A stretch of DNA of 64,000 nt from an uncultured bacterium (GTDB taxonomy: Bacteria; Latescibacterota; MWCZ01): the NCBI GenBank assembly GCA_964510105.1, contig CAZEAI010000001.1, forward strand, positions 74,693-138,692, written 5' to 3'. Below, piece after piece: positions 58,037 to 64,000 of the stretch. A program made the translations under genes and the position numbers. Within the stretch, counting starts at the first letter, position 1. Each line of letters begins with the position of its first letter. The notes under the pieces are model-generated. The model was not told the DNA's origin. It searched no databases and was given only the letters and a program-made list of their open reading frames with translations.

Positions 58037-58909
58037 ATGAAACCATCGTGGGACGATCTTCAGCTCAGCCACGTCGATCTGCACTACCATGCGGGAAGCG
58101 AGAGATCTGCATCGTACTCGCTCGACGATGTCGTCGGCTATGCCGGAGCGACGGGCCGTCGCGTGCTGGGCGTAACCGACCACTGGGGACGATACGTTCG
58201 ACCGTCGAAGAAGGAGCTTCGCCACTACACAGGCGATATATCCGGATTCGCGAAGCTCGCGGCGGACGTCGCCGATACACGCGCGATTCATACGGACATG
58301 ATCGTCGCGTTCGGGCCGGAGATACCGCTCTACGACATCGTCGAAGGCAACTGCGACGACGCATTCGCGCCACCCGAAGTCGACTACTTCATGGGCGAAC
58401 AGGGCGGCCGCGGTCCGAGCGATACGGTCGGCGAGGAATACATCGTCGGGATGGCACATATGGCTCGACTTCGCGACCGAGTCGGCAGGCCGTGCTTCCT
58501 GGCGCACCCGCTACGCAGCCGAGTGAACTACTACGTGGGAAGACCGGGCCCCGGTCCGATGCACCCCGCACAGCCGGCGCGCCAGCCACTTGCCAGGTAT
58601 GCCGACCCAATGGCTCACATCGAGGAGCTTTTCGGCATAAGCCTTCGAGGCCTGGCACGAGCGTCCGTCGAGTACGACGTCCCGCTGGAAATCAACGAGA
58701 TGAGCTGGAGGCGCATTCTCGCGCACAATCAGGAGTGGTTCGCTGAGCGGTACCTGTTCTTCTACCGCACACTGCTGGATATGGGTGCCGAGGTCGTGCT
58801 CGGAAGCGATCAACACAGCGCTGAGGGCGGCGGCTGCACTCCCTTCGCCGTGGCAGGAATGCTTGGCGTCACACCTCACGACATACGATTCCTGCGCCAC
58901 TGGCTGTAG
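58037..58909 (+). CDS. PHP-domain metal-dependent phosphoesterase
   Basis: HVDLHYHAGSERS N-terminal PHP motif, GVTDHW, and later His/Asp clusters. Confidence 0.6.
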   Translation: MKPSWDDLQLSHVDLHYHAGSERSASYSLDDVVGYAGATGRRVLGVTDHWGRYVRPSKKELRHYTGDISGFAKLAADVADTRAIHTDMIVAFGPEIPLYDIVEGNCDDAFAPPEVDYFMGEQGGRGPSDTVGEEYIVGMAHMARLRDRVGRPCFLAHPLRSRVNYYVGRPGPGPMHPAQPARQPLARYADPMAHIEELFGISLRGLARASVEYDVPLEINEMSWRRILAHNQEWFAERYLFFYRTLLDMGAEVVLGSDQHSAEGGGCTPFAVAGMLGVTPHDIRFLRHWL

Positions 58910-58931
58910 ATACGATCGCGTTCGCCGACCC

Positions 58932-61394
58932 TCACCCCAGCGGCACGCGCACCTCCGGCGCGTTGGCCGCCTGAACGATCAGGTCGCCGGAATCGCGCGT
59001 GACGATGTCCATCGACCGTGGCTCGCCCGGCAGCAGGTCGACGAAATTGTCCGAGTAACGCGCCACCGGGTCCGCCACCCGTACGGACACGAAGTGCGCG
59101 TACGCGTCGCTTTCCAGCGTGACTCGCACCGCGCCCTCACCGCTGCGCTCGACCTCGACGGCGATGCGCGCGTGCGGCAGCGACCAGTCCCGTCGCATCG
59201 CGGCATGGTGGACACGCTCGCTGACGATATCTCCGCACCGCAATTCGGAGCACAGGAACTCCCGCTCCGGCGATACGATCCGTAGTTCTTCAGCCATCTC
59301 CGGGAGTAGTTGCGTGGACGCATTCGCGCGTAGCGCGACGGGCACGGACATTTCACCGAGAAGCGCGCCATCGTGGCTGATCCGGCGCACGCGCAGCAGA
59401 CCCTCCACGTCTTCCAATCGGTCGCTGATGCCCCAGAACGACGGATTCCGCCCGTCGCCGTAGAACATGCCCAGCACAGGAGCATGGGCTCGCGCAACCC
59501 AGAAATGCGCCGCCTTCGGACGGCCGTAGAAGTCCACAAGGCTGAACGTCACCGCGGGCCACGGCTCGTTGTACTGCCAGATGAGCGATCCGCTCGTGCC
59601 GAACATCTTCCGCCGATACGACTCGACCGCGTACCGCATGAGCGTCGCCTGCATCTCCTGGGTCAGCGCGATGAACTCGTCGACCGTGTCGGGCTCGCCG
59701 AACTCCGGCAGCACCGCCTTCATCCAGTCGCACGTGCCGTGATGGAAGTCCCACACGCTGTGCAGGAACCCGTTACGGTCCCACTGGAATCCAGGCGATA
59801 TCATCTCGTCGACGGTCTCGCGAGCCGGCACGGAGCGGAAGCCGTACTCGCTGCTGAACCGTGGCGCGCTGGAGTCGTACTTACGCCAGTCCGGCAGATC
59901 GTACCAGTCGTGGAAATCGCCTTCCGTCAACGACATCGTCGCCGCGCCGCCGAACGGGCTGCCCGGCCACCACGGTATGTCCGGCGAGAGCCTCCCGACG
60001 ACGTCCGGCAGCAGGTCCTCATAGATCCGCGCGCCGAAGTGCCGTTCGGCCTTCTTGTACCACTCGTAGCCGCCCGCCCACGTATCCTGACACTCGTTCT
60101 CGCCGCACCACAGCACAATCGAGGGATGGGAGCGCAGGCGCAGCACCGCCTCCTCGGCTTCGCGCCGGGCGTTCTCCATGAACACCGGGTCGTCGTCCGG
60201 ATACATCGCGCAGGCATACATGAAGTCCTGCCACACCATGATCCCAAGCTCGTCGCACCGCTCGTAGAACTCGTCCGATTCGTACGTGCCGCCTCCCCAG
60301 ACGCGCAGCATGTTGAAATGGGCGTCGTGCGCGAGGTCGAGCAAGTGGCGGTAGTGATCCGGCGCAGCATCGAGAGTGAGCGAGTTGGAGGGCACCCAGT
60401 TCGCACCACGGGCGAACACATCGACGCCGTTGATGCAGAAGGTGAAGCGGTCGTTCTGCTTCAGCTCGATGGTGCGCACACCGAATCGCAGCGAGCGGCG
60501 GTCGGTCTCCACGCCGTCGCGCGAGACGCTTGCACTGAGCGTGTAGAGATGCGGCTCGCCCATCGGACGCGGATACCAGAGTCGAGCATCCGGGATATCC
60601 ACCTCCACGGTCAGCGGCAGATCCGTGGCGACATCGCGATCGGACTGCCACACGGCCGGTCCGTCGGGCGTCTCGTGGATGGAGAGGCTCAGCCGCGCGG
60701 GTTCCGACGATGCACTCGCCGCCTGCGGCGTGACGCTCAACAGCAGCTTCGCCGTGCCGCCATCGACCGCCTGCGTACGAACGGCCAGGTCGCGAATGGT
60801 CGTGCCGCGATGGCACAGCAGCGAGACAGGTCGCCACAGCCCGATGGGAAGCAGCCTCGGCGCGAAGTCCCAACCGAACGACATCTGGCAGAGGCGGACA
60901 AACGAGCGGACAGCATCGCCGGTAGCGCCGATGTCGCTCCGAAGACGCTTCTGCATCTCCTCGATCCGCAAGCTGCACTCAACGACGACAACGTTCATCC
61001 CGCGTCGATTGATACGAGACGTAACATCCACGTGGTGAGCGTGTTGGGCATTGTCCGTGTAGCCGACGGGGAAGCCGTTGAGCCACACCGTCGCGAACAG
61101 GCTCACGCCCTCCAGCAGCAGCTCGTATCGATCGGCGTCCGCCTCGTCTGGTGGCAACTCGAATTCGTTGCGGTAGAGCCACGTCTTGTTCTCGTACTTA
61201 CGGAACGCATCGGCCTGCTGATCTCGCCAAGGCGAAGGCGCCTTCCCGTGAGCGACCAGCGCCGCCTGCACGGTGGAGGGGGCTTCCAGCGACATCCAGT
61301 TGGGGCAGCCGCACCCGATATCGTGCATGTCCACGGGCCGGGCATCGTCCGCGGAGATGAGCCGCCAGCCGTCGAGCATGGGAATGCGAGTCAC
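58932..61394 (-). CDS. Glycoside hydrolase family 2 (beta-mannosidase-like)
   Basis: Acid/base motif LWCGENE and nucleophile motif FSSEYGFRS in the expected spacing; 820 aa, sugar-binding plus Ig-like plus TIM-barrel layout. Confidence 0.75.
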   Translation of the reverse strand: MTRIPMLDGWRLISADDARPVDMHDIGCGCPNWMSLEAPSTVQAALVAHGKAPSPWRDQQADAFRKYENKTWLYRNEFELPPDEADADRYELLLEGVSLFATVWLNGFPVGYTDNAQHAHHVDVTSRINRRGMNVVVVECSLRIEEMQKRLRSDIGATGDAVRSFVRLCQMSFGWDFAPRLLPIGLWRPVSLLCHRGTTIRDLAVRTQAVDGGTAKLLLSVTPQAASASSEPARLSLSIHETPDGPAVWQSDRDVATDLPLTVEVDIPDARLWYPRPMGEPHLYTLSASVSRDGVETDRRSLRFGVRTIELKQNDRFTFCINGVDVFARGANWVPSNSLTLDAAPDHYRHLLDLAHDAHFNMLRVWGGGTYESDEFYERCDELGIMVWQDFMYACAMYPDDDPVFMENARREAEEAVLRLRSHPSIVLWCGENECQDTWAGGYEWYKKAERHFGARIYEDLLPDVVGRLSPDIPWWPGSPFGGAATMSLTEGDFHDWYDLPDWRKYDSSAPRFSSEYGFRSVPARETVDEMISPGFQWDRNGFLHSVWDFHHGTCDWMKAVLPEFGEPDTVDEFIALTQEMQATLMRYAVESYRRKMFGTSGSLIWQYNEPWPAVTFSLVDFYGRPKAAHFWVARAHAPVLGMFYGDGRNPSFWGISDRLEDVEGLLRVRRISHDGALLGEMSVPVALRANASTQLLPEMAEELRIVSPEREFLCSELRCGDIVSERVHHAAMRRDWSLPHARIAVEVERSGEGAVRVTLESDAYAHFVSVRVADPVARYSDNFVDLLPGEPRSMDIVTRDSGDLIVQAANAPEVRVPLG

Positions 61395-61505
61395 GCGTTT
61401 GGTCTCCTCTGGCCGAACGCCGCCGTGGAACGGCGTGCATCGCGCCGTTTCGAATTCGCGTCATCACGTGCTACGCGCAGCGTGCTTCCCTCGGCGACGT
61501 GCCGC

Positions 61506-62399
61506 CTACGGCAGGTTGGCGGGGCTCAGCGCCGGGTTCCGCTGGAGCCGGTCCCACACCTCGCGAACGTAGCCGATCGATCGCCGGGCAGTCACGTACG
61601 GGTCGCCGCCAATGTCATACGCCTGCGTCACGATCGGGCCGTCGTAGCCACGCTTCCAGGCGTGGGCGAGCAGCGCGGCGATATCGATCACACCGGCGTC
61701 AATCGGCACCATGCGAAACGGCTCTGGCACGGGCACGGCATTGAGCAACGCAAGGTATCCGAGCCGGTCCATACCCGGCAGGTCGAACAGATCGTGCGTG
61801 TCCGGCGCGCCCTCGTGGAAGTGTGTGTGGAAGGACGCGAGACCGGGCCGGATGGTCGCGGCGCCGGCGTCCTCGATGATCCGCAGTTCGGCCTGCGGGG
61901 TGTCGACCATGAACCAGACATGGTTGTACAGATTGCCCTGCATTCCCCGGTCCGCGAGCATGCGGTCGACTTCGCGGACGATTGAGGCGGCCCGCTCCCA
62001 GTGCCGCGGCTCAGCGTTCACCGACCCGGACTCGTGAAACTCCGACGACGAGCCCGGCGGACAGCTTGAGATCGTGTAGTTCAGGAACGATCCCGGCGCG
62101 ATCGCCGTGAGCCGGTCAATCATTCCTGCCACACGGGTGAGTTCCTGAGCTACGATGCCCGTCTCGTCGTCGGTGATACCCTTGGACACGACGTACATGC
62201 CGAAGTGCGTCAGGTTGGTGGCTGCGACGGCCGCGCCTGCCTCCTCCCACGCCGCGTCCTCATCGGGCTCCATCTGGCGGAACTCAAACCCGTCGTACCC
62301 AAGGTCCTCCGCCATGGCGAATTTCGTCGCGAACGAGTAGTGACGACGGTGCATGTCGAAATGGTTGTTGAACAAAACGAGCGGGTTCGGAATGCTCAT
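61506..62399 (-). CDS. Xylose-isomerase-like TIM-barrel protein (sugar phosphate isomerase/epimerase family)
   Basis: About 300 aa AP-endonuclease-2/xylose-isomerase-like fold pattern (LGYDGFEF, metal-binding E/D/H candidates); start trimmed to MSIPNPL at 62399, overlapping the stop of the upstream Gfo/Idh/MocA gene. Confidence 0.65.
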   Translation of the reverse strand: MSIPNPLVLFNNHFDMHRRHYSFATKFAMAEDLGYDGFEFRQMEPDEDAAWEEAGAAVAATNLTHFGMYVVSKGITDDETGIVAQELTRVAGMIDRLTAIAPGSFLNYTISSCPPGSSSEFHESGSVNAEPRHWERAASIVREVDRMLADRGMQGNLYNHVWFMVDTPQAELRIIEDAGAATIRPGLASFHTHFHEGAPDTHDLFDLPGMDRLGYLALLNAVPVPEPFRMVPIDAGVIDIAALLAHAWKRGYDGPIVTQAYDIGGDPYVTARRSIGYVREVWDRLQRNPALSPANLP

Positions 62400-63523
62400 C
62401 AGAAGGTCCCCTGTGTGTGCGGCGATATGTCCTGGGCGGTGGCTGTTTCCGCGGAAGCTACCATTGCATCCATGACGGAATGAAGAAGAAGCTGCTGCTC
62501 GGGCGGAGCCGCGGGCAAGCGATCGTCCAGCACCGCACGGGCGAGATCGCGTATCGGGAAGTCGAGTGTGGCGCCCCAATCGAAGTCGTGTTCGAGCAAC
62601 TCGATTTCATCGAGGTCGGCCGTGCCGCGATACGCCGCGTGCCGTAGCCGGGCGGCCGACCCCCCCGGCAGCATGCCCGTGTCCACCCCGCCGGACGTGC
62701 CGCGAATCTCGACGCTGTGTCGCTCACTACTGTGCTCATCGGCCCGCCGCTCCCAGTGGATGGACAGGCCGTCGTCGCACAGTATCTCCGCGCTGAATCG
62801 CCCGTCGACATCGGGGGACGAGCAACCGCGTTCCGGAGTGAGCGGGAAGTAGGGTCCAAGCGTGGCGAAGACGCGTCGCGGAGTGAACAGTTCGCCCAGA
62901 ACGAAGCTGATCCAGTCGATGTCGTACGGCCCCCAGTCGTAGAGGATGCCGCCGCCGTTTGACTTCGCATCGCCACGCCACGCGGGGACGGTCGATCCAA
63001 CCGGTGGCGGTGCGGACACCGTCTGGAATCCGACGCGATAGACCGATCCGAGCGATCCGCCGCTGACGATTTCGCGGGCACGTCCGGCGGTATCAGCCTG
63101 CCGAAATCGCGAGGAGCAGCTTCCTACCTTGAGTTCGGGCCGCGCATTGGCGGCTGCGAGTACGTCCGCGGCCTCGGCGACGTTGAGCATGAACGGCTTC
63201 TCGCAGATGACGTGCTTGCCGGCGTCCAGTGCCTCCATGACCATCGGACGGTGCAGATACGGGGGCGTCGCGACGTAGACCGCATCGACGCTGGGATCTT
63301 CGAGGACACGTCGGTAGTCGCCGTGAGCCGCCTGCGCGCCGATCTGCGAGGCGAGTGTCTGCGCCGCTTTCTCGTCCACGTCGGCAACCGCGACGCCGGG
63401 AGTCGTTCCCGTTGAGGCGAACGTGCCCGCCACAATCCGGGCGATGCGACCTGCCCCTATGATGCCGAAACGCACTGCCTCCAAGCCCTGCTCCCCTGCC
63501 GCATGGCGGCGTGGACGTGTCAC
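62399..63523 (-). CDS. Gfo/Idh/MocA-family oxidoreductase (start uncertain; possible GTG at VRFGIIGAG)
   Basis: FGIIGAGRIA Rossmann motif and CEKPF motif. Confidence 0.75.
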   Translation of the reverse strand: MTRPRRHAAGEQGLEAVRFGIIGAGRIARIVAGTFASTGTTPGVAVADVDEKAAQTLASQIGAQAAHGDYRRVLEDPSVDAVYVATPPYLHRPMVMEALDAGKHVICEKPFMLNVAEAADVLAAANARPELKVGSCSSRFRQADTAGRAREIVSGGSLGSVYRVGFQTVSAPPPVGSTVPAWRGDAKSNGGGILYDWGPYDIDWISFVLGELFTPRRVFATLGPYFPLTPERGCSSPDVDGRFSAEILCDDGLSIHWERRADEHSSERHSVEIRGTSGGVDTGMLPGGSAARLRHAAYRGTADLDEIELLEHDFDWGATLDFPIRDLARAVLDDRLPAAPPEQQLLLHSVMDAMVASAETATAQDISPHTQGTF

Positions 63524-63578
63524 GCGTCGGCACGCATCGTGGCGCGTCTACGGTCGGCTGCCTGCTCCGCGACGCTCG

Positions 63579-64000
63579 CTACTCGCCCGCCTCCTCGACG
63601 AGAATCGTCCGAAGCTCAGCACGAACCTCCGCCACCACGCCTTCATCGACGCCGCTCTCCAACACCCGCTCGATGAGCTGCTCTCGACGCCGCGCGAGGC
63701 GATCCGCCAGCTCGTCGTTGCCACGGTCGCGAGCCCGGTCGGCGGCGTTCAACACCATCCGCAGACGCGCGTCGTCCTCGATGCCCAGACGCAGCCCCTG
63801 CCACCGACGGCTTGGCACGGGTCCGGACGCGCCGGTGTAGACGAGCTCATAGTCGGTGTCGTTGGGATTTGGTCCCTGCCAGAAATCGGTCTGACGACCC
63901 GCGTAGGACCAGAATCCCAGACCCGTGAGTCTGAAACGTGGACCTTGCCAGATGGGCTCCCAGTAGTACGTCATGCGCCGTAGATCCTTGACGCCGCCGT
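63579..64000 (-). CDS. Hypothetical protein, C-terminal part only (gene enters from beyond the window end)
   Basis: Open minus-strand frame from the window edge down to the stop at 63579; no motif recognised. Confidence 0.3.
   Translation of the reverse strand, partial: GGVKDLRRMTYYWEPIWQGPRFRLTGLGFWSYAGRQTDFWQGPNPNDTDYELVYTGASGPVPSRRWQGLRLGIEDDARLRMVLNAADRARDRGNDELADRLARRREQLIERVLESGVDEGVVAEVRAELRTILVEEAGE

Noticed and set aside
1-64000. CRISPR arrays, insertion sequences, integrases, phage genes
   Set aside because: No direct-repeat/spacer periodicity, no transposase or integrase-like ORFs, and no terminal inverted repeats flanking any block were seen.

Overview
High-GC window (roughly two-thirds G+C by eye, third codon positions mostly G/C) of a bacterial chromosome. 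Gene content suggests a Gram-negative polysaccharide-degrading organism, possibly Gemmatimonadota-like, but that is a guess from T9SS-type C-terminal sorting domains, CarboxypepD_reg/TonB-type outer-membrane receptors and FG-GAP proteins. No rRNA, tRNA, CRISPR array or mobile element was recognised. Coding density is high, on both strands; the many long ORFs antisense to real genes are high-GC artefacts. Layout: (1) 1-4.8 kb, an exopolysaccharide locus on the minus strand (partial Wzz/GumC-like chain-length determinant not in the ORF track, an epimerase, a Wza-like exporter, UDP-xylose synthase). (2) 6.4-15.5 kb, housekeeping genes (S9 peptidase with an apparent frameshift, alr, tsaD, ybbR/cdaR, HpcH aldolase, aroE, TauE, cupin). 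(3) 16.4-24.1 kb, the most unusual locus: two tandem, divergent glycyl-radical enzymes (eliminase-type Cys/Glu loop, C-terminal RVxG[YF] glycine motif), a single three-cluster radical-SAM activase, a PhyH-family Fe/2OG dioxygenase and an uncharacterised membrane-anchored protein, with three TTCA-tetraloop hairpins in the spacer between the two GRE genes. (4) 24.3-30.3 kb, two URO-D-like paralogs plus a clan GH-D (GH36-like) glycosidase and a Gfo/Idh/MocA oxidoreductase. (5) An RND permease without partners, uvrD/pcrA, FadL-like OMP plus a GDSL lipoprotein, nitroreductase, a DUF3179-like lipoprotein plus an OM barrel, maeB, a TonB-dependent-like receptor followed by an FN3/T9SS-CTD surface protein, an AKR, more Gfo/Idh/MocA genes, an FG-GAP protein, a SagB-like lipoprotein, an esterase, a PHP protein, and a GH2 glycosidase next to a Gfo/Idh/MocA plus xylose-isomerase-like TIM-barrel pair (candidate 3-keto-glycoside oxidative cleavage module). 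All functional calls rest on motif recognition from the translated sequence; no searches could be run.
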